The notes below the pieces were generated by a model. The model did no database searches. It was given only the letters and a program-made list of their open reading frames with translations, and was not told the DNA's origin. Made by a program: the position numbers and the translations under genes. Shown here piece after piece: positions 23,574 to 33,510 of a stretch of 64,000 bases of DNA. Origin of the DNA: an uncultured Verrucomicrobiae bacterium (GTDB lineage Bacteria > Verrucomicrobiota > Verrucomicrobiia > Limisphaerales > JAFGQR01); the NCBI GenBank assembly GCA_963788655.1, contig CAWBHS010000059.1:125104-189103 (forward strand), given 5' to 3'. Every line of letters starts with the position of its first letter. Within the stretch, counting starts at the first letter, position 1.

Positions 23574-24200
23574 ATGAACATGAAATTACTGCCAAAGCTC
23601 GGTCTGGTTATTTGGGCTGCCAGTCTGTTGTTCACCCTCCGCAGCAGTGGCGCCGAAGCCACCGCCAATGAAATTCTGGTTCGCTATTTTTACGAGCCGG
23701 AACTGATTCAACAACTGCAGGACAAGCTCACGCTGACCCAGGACCAGAAATTCGCCCTGCAAGTGGAACTGAAGGTCGCTAAAGATCGGGTGGCTTACCT
23801 GCAAGGGCAAATCCGTCAGGAAACCCAGCGCTTAATCCCATTAGTTAGTCCGGATCAAGTGGACGAGGATGCCGTGCTGGCCCAGTCGAAGAAAATTCTC
23901 GATCTGGAACAAGAGATCAAGCACGTGCAGTTGAAGTTGCTGGTGCATCTGAAGAACAAATTGACCCCGCAACAACAAGCCGTGTTGAAGCCGATCAAAG
24001 CGCGTCAGTTGGCCCTGCAAGCCAAACTGCTCAAGGCCCAAGCCATGATCCTGCAACAGCAGCAGGAAGGACGAGATTTGTCCGCCTTGACCCACTTTAA
24101 ACAAGAGTTCGAAACCTTGGTGAAACAGGGGCAATTCGAAAAAGCGGAAATCGTCATCGACCGCACGTTGACGTTTCTTGAGGGGAACCGGGGGAAGTGA
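23574..24200 (+). CDS. Spy/CpxP-like periplasmic helical protein (heavy-metal-sensor type)
   Basis: Signal peptide, PELI...L.LT.DQ, VDEDAVLAQ and KNKLTPQQQ (LTxxQ motifs). Confidence 0.75.
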   Translation: MNMKLLPKLGLVIWAASLLFTLRSSGAEATANEILVRYFYEPELIQQLQDKLTLTQDQKFALQVELKVAKDRVAYLQGQIRQETQRLIPLVSPDQVDEDAVLAQSKKILDLEQEIKHVQLKLLVHLKNKLTPQQQAVLKPIKARQLALQAKLLKAQAMILQQQQEGRDLSALTHFKQEFETLVKQGQFEKAEIVIDRTLTFLEGNRGK

Positions 24201-24345
24201 CGGTTGGGAGGCGAGGGGAACGCTTGCAGCGTTGATGAGTTGAATGAGGGATGTGGGTTGGCGAATGGTAAACCGATTGGGCGATTGAAGGCGTAAACAG
24301 TCAAATGGATGGAGCAATGAAAGATCGATCAGGAATCGTCGGTGT

Positions 24346-24753
24346 ATGAAAGGTTCTCCACGAATTGGAACGATCGGGGAACAGCAGTTTGTCGTCGAGC
24401 CGCGGCACACCATTGACTTCACCGAGGGCGGTATGCCGGCGGTGTTGGGTACGCCGGCGTTGGTAGGATTTCTGGAACGAACCGCTCGGGAAGCCCTGGT
24501 TCCCTTTCTGGAACCGAATGAGAATTCCGTGGGGATCGAAATCGATCTGCGCCACTCCGCGCCGACGCCACCCGGCCAATCCATCTCCTGTTTGGCTCGT
24601 GTCATTCATGTCGAGGGCCGGCGCGTGACGTTTCAGCTTGAAGCGCGCGATGCGCGCGAACTCATCGCTCGTGGGCTGCACCAACGACAGGTAATCCGGA
24701 TGGAGCGATTTGCGCAGATGGTCCAACGGAAAGTGGCCGATCAACGTCAATGA
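24346..24753 (+). CDS. hotdog-fold thioesterase (FlK-like)
   Basis: VLGTPALVGFLE..SVGIEIDLRHSAPTPPG..GLHQR, with the Thr/Glu/His triad pattern. Confidence 0.85.
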   Translation: MKGSPRIGTIGEQQFVVEPRHTIDFTEGGMPAVLGTPALVGFLERTAREALVPFLEPNENSVGIEIDLRHSAPTPPGQSISCLARVIHVEGRRVTFQLEARDARELIARGLHQRQVIRMERFAQMVQRKVADQRQ

Positions 24754-24874
24754 TACCTTCCCAAAGGACTCCGGGCACCAATAGGGCGGGCTCATAAAAC
24801 AAGGGCCGAATGCACAAACTCGGCCCTGGCCCATGTCATTGCCGCTGGGAACCAGCGGCTTCAGCCAAAAAATG

Positions 24875-25261
24875 TTATGCCTTCGCGGCGGCTTTGGCCG
24901 CCTCGAGTCGCATGTCGCGCTGTTTCACGAGGGTAGCCGCTTTGCCCAACCGCTTCCGCAAATAGGTTAATTTGGCCCGGCGCACGCGACCATGGCGGGT
25001 GACTTCAATTTTATCGACGCGCGGTGAGTGCAGCGGGAACACCCGTTCCACGCCTTCGCCGTAGCTGATCCGGCGGACGGTAAACATCGAGTTCATGCCG
25101 CGCCCGCGCTTACCGATCACGATCCCGGCAAAGATCTGCACGCGCTCCTTGTCGCCTTCCACGACTTTGGTATGCACGCGGACGGTGTCGCCGACGTTAA
25201 AACTGGCCGGTTCCTTGCGGAACTGTTCGGACTCGATTTTATCAAACAATGCTTGGCTCAT
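24875..25261 (-). CDS. rplS: 50S ribosomal protein L19
   Basis: [53 protein letters not shown]. Confidence 0.98.
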   Translation of the reverse strand: MSQALFDKIESEQFRKEPASFNVGDTVRVHTKVVEGDKERVQIFAGIVIGKRGRGMNSMFTVRRISYGEGVERVFPLHSPRVDKIEVTRHGRVRRAKLTYLRKRLGKAATLVKQRDMRLEAAKAAAKA

Positions 25262-25340
25262 AACATCACTATGGAAGTGCCGGGGAAACAGGCAGTTCGG
25301 GGGAGCGGGACAGGAATCGCTCCGTCACCGTGGCCACCGT

Positions 25341-26039
25341 CTATCCCGAATTAGTTTCATCATTCTCTGTCGGTTTCAATAAATCTGGGCGGCGTGCTCG
25401 CGTTCGTGCGCGTGCCTGCGCGGCTCGCCATTTTTCAATTTCCGCATGATGCCCCGAGAGCAGCACCTCGGGAACCTTCAGTCCGCGGTACTCGGCCGGC
25501 CGCGTGTAGTGCGGATATTCCAGCAAGCCCTGGCTAAAGGACTCGTCCACCACACTTTCGTCTTTGCCGAGAGCTCCCGGCAGCAACCGCGTCACTGCGT
25601 CAATGATCACCATCGCCGGCAGACCGCCATTGGTTAGCACATAATCGCCAATGGACAGTTCGTCGTCCACCAGCGCTTCGCGCACGCGCTCGTCCACGCC
25701 TTCGTAACCACCGCAAATAATCAGCAGATGGCTGGCCCCGGCCAGTTCGCGAGCGATAGCCTGGTTGAACACCCGGCCTACCGGGGCGGTCAAGACGACC
25801 CGCGTCGCGTCGCCGGTCAGGCTTTCCACGGCTTCAAAGATCGGTTCGGGCTTCAGCACCATGCCGGGCCCCCCGCCAAACGGGCGGTCATCCACGGTTT
25901 TGTAGTGGTCGTGGGTCCACTGCCGCAAATTATGGATGCGCAAGTCCAAGCGCCCGCTGGCCCGCGCCCGCTGGAGAATACTCACATCCAGCGGTCCGGT
26001 GAACATGTCCGGAAACAAAGTGAGCACATCGATTTTCAT
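25341..26039 (-). CDS. trmD: tRNA (guanine37-N1)-methyltransferase
   Basis: [63 protein letters not shown]. Confidence 0.98.
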   Translation of the reverse strand: MKIDVLTLFPDMFTGPLDVSILQRARASGRLDLRIHNLRQWTHDHYKTVDDRPFGGGPGMVLKPEPIFEAVESLTGDATRVVLTAPVGRVFNQAIARELAGASHLLIICGGYEGVDERVREALVDDELSIGDYVLTNGGLPAMVIIDAVTRLLPGALGKDESVVDESFSQGLLEYPHYTRPAEYRGLKVPEVLLSGHHAEIEKWRAAQARARTRARRPDLLKPTENDETNSG

Positions 26040-26122
26040 GACCTACAGCGGACCCCGGAACCGGGAGCCGCCAGCTCACGCGCGCCTCCTTCCTCGAATG
26101 AGGCCGGCCAAAGCGCGAAGAA

Positions 26123-26368
26123 TCACTTCGCTGGCCGATCTTCAATAATCTCCAGCGAACACCGCAGTCCTTTCCGGGCGCTGCCGGCTTGCAGCAACGA
26201 ACGGATGGCATTGATGGCGACCCCCTGTTTGCCGATGACCCGGCCCACGTCATCGGGATTGAGCCGCAATTCATACACCGTCATCGCATTATGTTCTGTG
26301 GGCGTAACGGTCACCTCGTCAGGATGTTTGACGAGACCTTTAACCACGTATTCCAGAAATTCTTGCAT
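26123..26368 (-). CDS. khpA: KH-domain RNA-binding protein (KhpA/YlqC)
   Basis: EFLEYVVKGLVKHPDEV..DVGRVIGKQG..INAIRSLL; conserved position after rpsP. Confidence 0.9.
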   Translation of the reverse strand: MQEFLEYVVKGLVKHPDEVTVTPTEHNAMTVYELRLNPDDVGRVIGKQGVAINAIRSLLQAGSARKGLRCSLEIIEDRPAK

Positions 26369-26386
26369 GGCCGATGGGCGGGAGAA

Positions 26387-26653
26387 TTACGCCGCAGGTT
26401 CCGGTGCCGCCGCCACTTTCAGAGCCCGTTTGATAAAACTGGCCGTAGTCACGGACGGCTGGGCACCCTGGCTGAGCCAATACTTGGTGCGGTCCAGGTC
26501 CAGCGTGACATTTTCCGATTTCTTCATCGGATCATAGCTACCCAATTCCTCGATGCACTTGCCATCGCGGGGGCTGCGGCTGTCGGCCACCACGATGCGA
26601 TAGGCCGCCCGATTTTTTGTGCCGACGCGCTTTAAGCGAATTTTTACTGACAT
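26387..26653 (-). CDS. rpsP: 30S ribosomal protein S16
   Basis: MSVKIRLKRVG..YRIVVADSRSPRDG..IEELGSYDP..YWLSQGAQPS. Confidence 0.98.
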   Translation of the reverse strand: MSVKIRLKRVGTKNRAAYRIVVADSRSPRDGKCIEELGSYDPMKKSENVTLDLDRTKYWLSQGAQPSVTTASFIKRALKVAAAPEPAA

Positions 26654-26738
26654 AAACAATCAATCTCTTACCGGCTCCGGCGGCTGTCATCATCACGCTT
26701 CACCGGCACCATGAACGCACTTTCAAAAAAGAGGGCAG

Positions 26739-26767
26739 AAGTTAAGCACCAGAGTGGGGCTTGGCAA
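26739..26767 (-). promoter_or_regulatory. sigma70-like promoter of the rpsP operon
   Basis: Minus strand TTGCCA-17 nt-TAACTT. Confidence 0.55.
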
Positions 26768-27533
26768 GACCTGTTTTGAAGATTTTGCTCAGCTTGCCGC
26801 CGGCGACCTGCTGGTTAACCGGCGTAATCATTCTGTCGCCAACCGTCCGTGCATGCGGATCAGCCAAGCAAAGTCATGCGGCAACTAATGTCGTTGAAGC
26901 TAAGAAAACTTGCACCACGTGCTGATAATAGAGCTGGAAGCGTTACGGAATCCATTGCCAGATGCGGATAAGAATGCCGGCTTACCTAACTGCAAAACAA
27001 TTACTTACACGTGCCAATCCTCACTCACCCTTGGATTACCCGCTTCTCTTGGGTTTTTGATTGGTGCCACAATGGAATGGAGGGCAATCGTTGTAGCAGG
27101 GATTGAATTACGCCCAACTCGCCGACGCGTTAACGTCGAACAACGACCATCAACTCCCACGCGTGCAGCATTCAGCTTTGGACGCCCTTCGAGGGACGAA
27201 TGCTGGAGCAAGTTCCGCGTAAAACGCTTTGCCAGCTTCGGGAACTGTTCAAAACTCACACATGCTGGACTATTCGAAGTAAGACGCGCTCTGCCGAAAC
27301 GCAGCTTTTTGGCGGAGAGGCAGGCAGGGCTGGGAACGCCAAAAGGCTGTCATTCTTGACTCATCCATTTGGCTGTCCAAGTGAGGCGGTAATGCTACCC
27401 TCGGCGATTGCCCGGGAACGGAGTGGCAATTCGGATTGAAAATTGCTAACACTTGTGGCTCGTAAATTATGAGCGATTGGTTAAGTTACTGATGCTTACT
27501 GATGATGCGAGTTGACATTTTGACCGGCACACC

Positions 27534-28868
27534 ATGAACGCACGCAGACTGAATCTGGTTCTGACCGGAGTATCCCTCGGGTTGGTGGGAGTTATCGCGT
27601 ACCTGGTCTGGATGCTGCGGGCTCCGATCCGAACCATGCCGGAGGTGGTAACCACGACAAATGTCGTGACCAACATGCAGATTGCCGTGCGGAAGATCAA
27701 TGCCACGAACTTCCTTTCGAGCCTACTGAAGCGTCCCTTTCATTGGAGTATGCTCGAAGCAACGAATTACCAGACGTTTATCCAACATCTGCACGATTTT
27801 GGATGTCCGGAAGAAACCATCCAGGACATCATCATTGCCGACATCGCCAAGCAATACGCCCGCCGCCGCGCCGAACTCCGCGCCAGCCTGCCCGCGCCTC
27901 CCTATTGGCAAGCTCCGGACAAATTTGAATACGACTCGGCTGCCGCCTTGGAGATCAACGATCAGTTGGCTGCCCTGGATCAGGAGCAACGAGCGTTGGT
28001 CAGGACGTTGTTGGGCGTGGATTACGATGCGGAAATCGCCAAGTTCACCGGTGAACCAGCGCCAACGGATGTCCGACTCGATTTCTTAAGTGCCGACAAA
28101 CAACCGGAAGTAGCATCGATATTGGCCAAATACGCCGACTTGGAGAACGAGTATTTCGGCGGGCCGGAAGGCGTTTCGCAGCCGGTCGATGAAGCTGATT
28201 TGCGCCATCTCGAGGCTCAACGGGATGCCGAACTGGCCAAGCTCCTGACGCCGGATGAGTTTTTCGAGTTTCAAGTCCGCAATTCGACAACCGCACACGC
28301 GTTGCAAACAAAGTTGGAAGCTCTCGATCCGTCGGAACAAGAGTTTCGCCAGATCTTTAAGTTGCAGAAGACCATGCAGGACACGCTGGCTCAGCAGTTT
28401 GACCCCGACCCACTCAAGAACCAGGAAATTCGGGACCAAGTCGTCAAGGACGCCCAAGCCGCCTTCAACGACGAACTCAAGAAGGAATTGGGACCGGATC
28501 GCTATACAGCATACGTGCGATCGCAAGACCAGGACTATCAGGCGCTGGTGCAAATTGCCGATCGTTACGCGCTCCCCAAGGCCAAGGCCGACAAGGTTTA
28601 CGAAATGAAGATGGTTGCCGAACGGCAACGGGAGCAAGTGGCGACCAATCCTGATTTGACCGAGCAACAGCGCACGGCGGCACTGGCGGCAATCGCCCGA
28701 GAATCGCAACGCTCGGTCGTCGCGGAGTTGGGCAGCGACCTCTATGAAGCATACCGGGAATCCGGCGGATCATGGATTTTGCAGATGCCCGCTTCGGAAA
28801 CGATCTCTCCTTTGCCCACGCAAACCTTGCCGCCCATGCCAGACGGGTTTGTGATGCCCTCGCGCTGA
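27534..28868 (+). CDS. hypothetical membrane-anchored helical protein
   Basis: 444 aa ORF with coding-like composition, an N-terminal TM helix and repeated L...L(T/G)P(D/E)..Y helices. No family recognised with confidence. Confidence 0.8.
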   Translation: MNARRLNLVLTGVSLGLVGVIAYLVWMLRAPIRTMPEVVTTTNVVTNMQIAVRKINATNFLSSLLKRPFHWSMLEATNYQTFIQHLHDFGCPEETIQDIIIADIAKQYARRRAELRASLPAPPYWQAPDKFEYDSAAALEINDQLAALDQEQRALVRTLLGVDYDAEIAKFTGEPAPTDVRLDFLSADKQPEVASILAKYADLENEYFGGPEGVSQPVDEADLRHLEAQRDAELAKLLTPDEFFEFQVRNSTTAHALQTKLEALDPSEQEFRQIFKLQKTMQDTLAQQFDPDPLKNQEIRDQVVKDAQAAFNDELKKELGPDRYTAYVRSQDQDYQALVQIADRYALPKAKADKVYEMKMVAERQREQVATNPDLTEQQRTAALAAIARESQRSVVAELGSDLYEAYRESGGSWILQMPASETISPLPTQTLPPMPDGFVMPSR

Positions 28869-29005
28869 TTGGACGGCTCGCTTTCCAACCAACCTTGCGG
28901 CAGGTGCCGAGTTGCGGAAACTTCCCACCCTTCAGTATTTGTCATCAGGCATCGGGCATTGGTGACAGCTCTGACCGGTTTGCGGTGGAGCTTCGCCGCC
29001 AACCC

Positions 29006-30208
29006 TTACCTGCGGTTCTTCGCCCGTTGCTCCAGCCAGGGAAGCCGCCGCAGGGCCCAGCCAAAGTCGTTGGTCAATTGGATTTCTTTCAGGTAGTGAA
29101 CCGCATTCTCGAAGTCGCCCATGCGCATGTACGTTTGCGACAGTTGGGCCCGTGCCCAGTCGGATTGTCGCGGCGAATCGGCCTTGGCAATGTAAGCCTG
29201 GTAATTGACCAGCACATTGTTGGTTTCATCAGCCTGCCAAAAGATGCCGGCACAATCGTCGAGCAGTTTTTCCGCGTTTAACGGGGAGCGGCGGTTATTG
29301 CTATCGGCCAGATCCAGGTTGGGCCAGATGAAGGCCTGGCAAATCCGCGCGGCCAGCCAGGCGTCCTCAGTTTGGTTCAGCGCATCGCCCCGAGCCTGAA
29401 GCGCGAGGTTCAACGCCACCCGCCGATGCTGCGGATTCTTGCTGTCGAACAGCCGGTCCGCCACCCATATTTCCTGCCCGATCAGGTCATACATAAGACT
29501 GTAAGTGCCAGCTTGACCGAATTTGCCCCGCAACTCCCGAGTCAGTTTGGCAGCGGCGTCGGCCAACTCACCCGTCCCCGGGCGCGGCACCGCTTGGTCT
29601 TGTTTTGCCCAGCGAGCTTGGAAATCCCGTAAATCACTCTCAATGGGCACCAGTGCCTTTTCTTTGGCAGCCCATTCCTCCTTCTTGGCAGGAATGCTCT
29701 TCGTCAGATCGGCTGTCGTCTTTTGCAGAACCACCAGATTGGACTGAGTGACTGACACGGTGGTGCTGTTGGTACTCTTGGAGCTGCCGGTTACCCGCTT
29801 TTCCAACGTCGCCAGTCTCGATTGGGCTCGCTGCAATTCCCTTTCCTGGTCGGTCACGGTCCGTTCCAGGACCAGCGATGCGATCTTCAAATCCAGGTAT
29901 TCATTCCGCAGCACGTCGAACGTCTTCTTGGTCAGTACGCCTTTGGTTTCCCCGTCATCGTCCCCATTGGCCGGCGCTTGAGCCATTGCGGCCGAGGACG
30001 GAAAATCAAAGGCCACCGTGAAGTCGTTTTTGGTGCCGTGTTTCTTGAGGTAGCTATAAATCTGGTGCTTCACCCACCAAGGTCGCGGCGGACTGGAGAA
30101 GCAGAACCAATAAACACCCAAGCCACCGCCCAAAGCGATCAACCCCGCGGCGATCCAAGCAACCTTTGATTTCAATAGTTGCGGCATTGTCGGTTTTGTT
30201 TTTTTCAT
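29006..30208 (-). CDS. hypothetical membrane-anchored coiled-coil/TPR-like protein
   Basis: N-terminal TM helix, long coiled coil and a C-terminal TPR-like segment (AQLSQTYMRMGDFENAVHYL). Confidence 0.75.
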   Translation of the reverse strand: MKKTKPTMPQLLKSKVAWIAAGLIALGGGLGVYWFCFSSPPRPWWVKHQIYSYLKKHGTKNDFTVAFDFPSSAAMAQAPANGDDDGETKGVLTKKTFDVLRNEYLDLKIASLVLERTVTDQERELQRAQSRLATLEKRVTGSSKSTNSTTVSVTQSNLVVLQKTTADLTKSIPAKKEEWAAKEKALVPIESDLRDFQARWAKQDQAVPRPGTGELADAAAKLTRELRGKFGQAGTYSLMYDLIGQEIWVADRLFDSKNPQHRRVALNLALQARGDALNQTEDAWLAARICQAFIWPNLDLADSNNRRSPLNAEKLLDDCAGIFWQADETNNVLVNYQAYIAKADSPRQSDWARAQLSQTYMRMGDFENAVHYLKEIQLTNDFGWALRRLPWLEQRAKNRR

Positions 30209-30360
30209 GCGCTTTTTGCCCGGAACTTAAGAGTTTAAGTAACCACTATTATTGTTATGACGCGGCTCAGACCCGTGACGTTACAATTTCCGACGCGCAA
30301 AGCCGTCTCCGCCTTCACTCGATTCCGTTTTTCCCAAAATCGGCGCGCCGGGCCTCCGCT

Positions 30361-30386
30361 GTAACCTTCCCCGCTTGATTTGCGTC
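30361..30386 (+). promoter_or_regulatory. ECF (SigE/SigW-like) promoter upstream of the Spy-like chaperone
   Basis: GTAAC-17 nt-CGTC, matching the AAC/CGT ECF consensus, upstream of an envelope-stress gene. Confidence 0.55.
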
Positions 30387-30525
30387 CTACCCCCTGTAAA
30401 TGCGCTGGACGGTGGCAACCATTGGCGATGGATAGCGTCGGTCGTGGAACGCCGTCGAGCAACCGTCCTTAACGAAGGACGACAACACAAAACAGTTATC
30501 GATCAACTATAACAGCAAAGAACCT

Positions 30526-31050
30526 ATGAAATTAAGTCTGAACAAACTTACAAGCGCCGTGACCGTGCTGCTGGTTAGCGGCTTTATCGGCACCATGGCG
30601 GTCAACGCGCAGGCTCAACAGAATCCTGCTCGCGGCCAACGAGGCGCCAATCGCGCCAACCGCGCTCCCGTTCTGGATGAAAAACAGCAGACCTTGTTGC
30701 GCGAAGCCATGCAGAATAATCGGGATGCATTCCAGGCCTTGCGGGAAAAGATGCAGGCCGCCCAAAAGGAACTCACGCAAGCCATGTTGGCCAAGAGCCA
30801 GGATGAAGGCACCATTCGCCAGAAGGCCGAAGCCGTAGCCAAAATTCAAGTCGAGGAAATGCTCTTGCAGGCCAAAGCGGTCGCGGCCCTCGTGCCTACG
30901 CTGACTCCCGAGCAACGCGAGCAATTGGAGAATTCGCCCTTTGGCATGATGATGCTGCGCGGCGGAATGCGCGGCGGCCCCATGAATCGAGGCGGTGGCG
31001 GCGCGGGCGGCGGCCGCGGCGGACGCCAGGGTGGCGGTCCGCCCCAGTAA
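30526..31050 (+). CDS. Spy/CpxP-family periplasmic refolding chaperone
   Basis: Signal peptide, LDEKQQ..DEGTIRQKAEAVAKIQVE..LTPEQREQL, Gly-rich tail. Confidence 0.85.
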   Translation: MKLSLNKLTSAVTVLLVSGFIGTMAVNAQAQQNPARGQRGANRANRAPVLDEKQQTLLREAMQNNRDAFQALREKMQAAQKELTQAMLAKSQDEGTIRQKAEAVAKIQVEEMLLQAKAVAALVPTLTPEQREQLENSPFGMMMLRGGMRGGPMNRGGGGAGGGRGGRQGGGPPQ

Positions 31051-31081
31051 CCTTCAGCGTCGCATTCTTACGACCTTCTAC

Positions 31082-31114
31082 CAGCCACTGTGGTCACACA
31101 GTGGCTGTTTTTTT
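31082..31114 (+). terminator. Rho-independent terminator
   Basis: CAGCCACTGTG-GTCA-CACAGTGGCTG followed by a T7 run. Confidence 0.88.
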
Positions 31115-31167
31115 GGGCCTCACCTTCCCGCTGGCCAAATGGCAATGGGTCTGTTATCTAACCCTCC

Positions 31168-32346
31168 ATGAAATCAATGCCACCGGTCGGTTTGTGGATG
31201 TTGCTTACCATTGTTGGGGGTTGCCTGAGTGTTTCGGTCGCGCCGGCGGCCGCCCTGAAGGATGCCGCCAGTCTCAACACCGGCTTTGTTGATGAGCTCT
31301 TCGGCCAACCGAAGGTGTTCGTCCTGAAGATCGACGTTCCGCCGGCCAGCCTGGAACAACTCAAAGCCAATCCTTCGGAATACGTCAAAGCCACGCTGCG
31401 CGAGTCGGACAAGATCTACAGTGACATTGGACTGCGCATCCGCGGCGGCAAAGCGTTTCGGTCGATCGAACTGACTCCCAGCCTGGTCGTTAAATTCAAC
31501 GAGTTTATCAGCGGCACCCGGTTCCATGGTCATAGCCGGATTTTTCTCGGCAACTCGGAGGATGACCCATCGTATCTCAAGAAGGCCATTGGCGGGGAAG
31601 TGTTCCGGGCTGCCAACGCCCCCGCGCCCAAAATCAGTTGGGCCCGCCTCACCCTGAACGGCAACGATGCGGGGCTGTATCTCATCGAACAAGCGGTGAA
31701 CCGCGAGTTTCTCTCGGACTATTTCGAGAAAACCAAAGGGAACCTGTATGAAGGCTCCAATGCCGACGTGGACCAAAAACTGGAGCAGGACGGCGGCAGT
31801 CGCGACAAGGAGCAAAGTGATCTGAAAGCCCTGGCCGAAGCGGCGCGTGAAAACGATCCCGCTCAACGTTTGAAGAACCTGGAGACGGTGCTGGACCTGG
31901 ATCGCTTCGTGAGTTTCGCCGCCGCCGAAGTACTCACGTCCCACCACAAGGGCTATACCCTCGATTTGAACAACTATCGGGTTTATCACAACCCAGTGTC
32001 CGACAAAATGGTGTTCATCCCCCACGACCTCGACGACTTGTTCGCCCGCCCGCAAATGCCCGCGGTGCCAGAGTGGAAAGGGCTGGTTGCCCGCGCCGTG
32101 TTCGAGACGCCCGAAGGCCAGCGCCGCTATCGCGCACGTCTGGGCCAGCTATTGGAAACGGTGGGCAAAGCGGAAACGTTGCAAGCGCGTGTCAACGAAT
32201 TGTCCCGTATCCTTCGCCCCTTGCTGCCACGCAACGCCCCGGAGCTGCGAACTTTCGATGGCGCGGTGGCGCAACTCAGCGAACGCATCAGCGAACGCGT
32301 GCGCTACCTGAGCCAGGACCTTAAGAAAGCGCCGGCCAGCAAATAG
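31168..32346 (+). CDS. CotH-family kinase-like secreted protein (possibly catalytically inactive)
   Basis: Signal peptide; IGLRIRG, DPSYL, PAP...ARLTLNG..GLYLIEQ, GNLYEG, NNYRVYHNP..KMVFIPHDLD. Confidence 0.85.
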   Translation: MKSMPPVGLWMLLTIVGGCLSVSVAPAAALKDAASLNTGFVDELFGQPKVFVLKIDVPPASLEQLKANPSEYVKATLRESDKIYSDIGLRIRGGKAFRSIELTPSLVVKFNEFISGTRFHGHSRIFLGNSEDDPSYLKKAIGGEVFRAANAPAPKISWARLTLNGNDAGLYLIEQAVNREFLSDYFEKTKGNLYEGSNADVDQKLEQDGGSRDKEQSDLKALAEAARENDPAQRLKNLETVLDLDRFVSFAAAEVLTSHHKGYTLDLNNYRVYHNPVSDKMVFIPHDLDDLFARPQMPAVPEWKGLVARAVFETPEGQRRYRARLGQLLETVGKAETLQARVNELSRILRPLLPRNAPELRTFDGAVAQLSERISERVRYLSQDLKKAPASK

Positions 32347-32556
32347 GCGGTCGTCCCTCGATTCCGCAGACTGAGAGTCAGTTCCGCGCTGGGCGGCAAT
32401 TCGCTCGACAATCTTGTACACGAACTGCCGCACCATTTCTTTTTTAGTGCAAATAATTGTTCAAGGTCAAACAATCGCCGGGAGCAGTTTGTTTATGACG
32501 ATGGGAATCACATTCTTGACCCCGGTCCTGGTCGAGAGTCCGCAATTCGAATCCCC

Positions 32557-33510
32557 ATGACGGTGCTGGCTTGTGATATGGGCGGGCGGCGCATCAAACT
32601 CGGCGTGGTGCGCGACGGGGCGGTGCTGGCGATGCGCGTGTTGGCCGCACAAGCCGAGCAACCATTGCGCGAGCGTTTGCCCCAGGTGGCCGAATCCTTA
32701 CGTCAACTTTGCGACCGCGCTGACGTGTCGCTCAGTTCCTGCGCGGGAATTGGTCTGGGCTTTCCCAGCATCATCGACCCGACGACGGCGCGCATTCTGG
32801 ACGACTTCGGCAAATTTGGCGACGCCTCGGCCACCGACCTCCGCGCCTGGGCTCGAAACACGTTTGGCCTGCCCCTGGCGCTCGACAACGACGCCCGCAT
32901 GGCGCTGCTCGGCGAATGGCATTACGGCGCCGGGCGCGGTGGAGACAATCTCGTGATGATGAGCCTGGGCACCGGCATCGGCACGGCCGTGGTGATCGAA
33001 GGTTGCCTGCTGCGCGGCGCGCACGGACAGGCGGGCATCCTGGGCGGGCACCTGGCCGTGCAGCAGGACGGACAGGTATGCGTCTGCGGCAACCGCGGCT
33101 GCGCCGAAGCCGAAGCTTCGACCTGGGCCCTGGATCAATTGGCGCGGCAACAGCCGGATTTCGCTCGAAGCCCGTTCGCGCACGCGGACGCACTCGATTT
33201 CGCGTCGGTGTTTCATCACGCCGCCAATGGAGATGCATGCGCCCAGGCCTTGCGCGAACACAGCTTGCGCGTCTGGTCGGTTGCCGCCGTCAACTTGATT
33301 CACGCCTACGACCCGGAACGGCTCATTCTGGGCGGCGGCGTCATGGGCAGCGCCGACGTGATTCTCCCCGCCATTCGTGATTACGTGGAGCGTCATGCGC
33401 ATACGCCGTGGGGCAAGGTAAGCGTGGTTGCTACCAAATTGGGCGAACAGGCGGCACTGCTGGCCTGCGAGCCGCTGGTGCAGGAATGGTGCGGGAAAGA
33501 AACTCAGTGA
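32557..33510 (+). CDS. ROK-family sugar kinase
   Basis: DMGGRRIK, LDNDARMALLGE, LGTGIG, GILGGH, CVCGNRGCAEAEAS zinc motif. Confidence 0.92.
   Translation: MTVLACDMGGRRIKLGVVRDGAVLAMRVLAAQAEQPLRERLPQVAESLRQLCDRADVSLSSCAGIGLGFPSIIDPTTARILDDFGKFGDASATDLRAWARNTFGLPLALDNDARMALLGEWHYGAGRGGDNLVMMSLGTGIGTAVVIEGCLLRGAHGQAGILGGHLAVQQDGQVCVCGNRGCAEAEASTWALDQLARQQPDFARSPFAHADALDFASVFHHAANGDACAQALREHSLRVWSVAAVNLIHAYDPERLILGGGVMGSADVILPAIRDYVERHAHTPWGKVSVVATKLGEQAALLACEPLVQEWCGKETQ

Noticed and set aside
26910..27359. 149-aa ORF in the spacer between rpsP and gene 27534
   Set aside because: TTG start, atypical composition and no motifs. No tRNA, SRP or tmRNA structure was recognised in this spacer either.
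30285..30320. GACGCGCAAAGCC resembling the c-di-GMP-I riboswitch core
   Set aside because: It lacks the upstream GGCAAAC..GAAA stem and the downstream P3 features.
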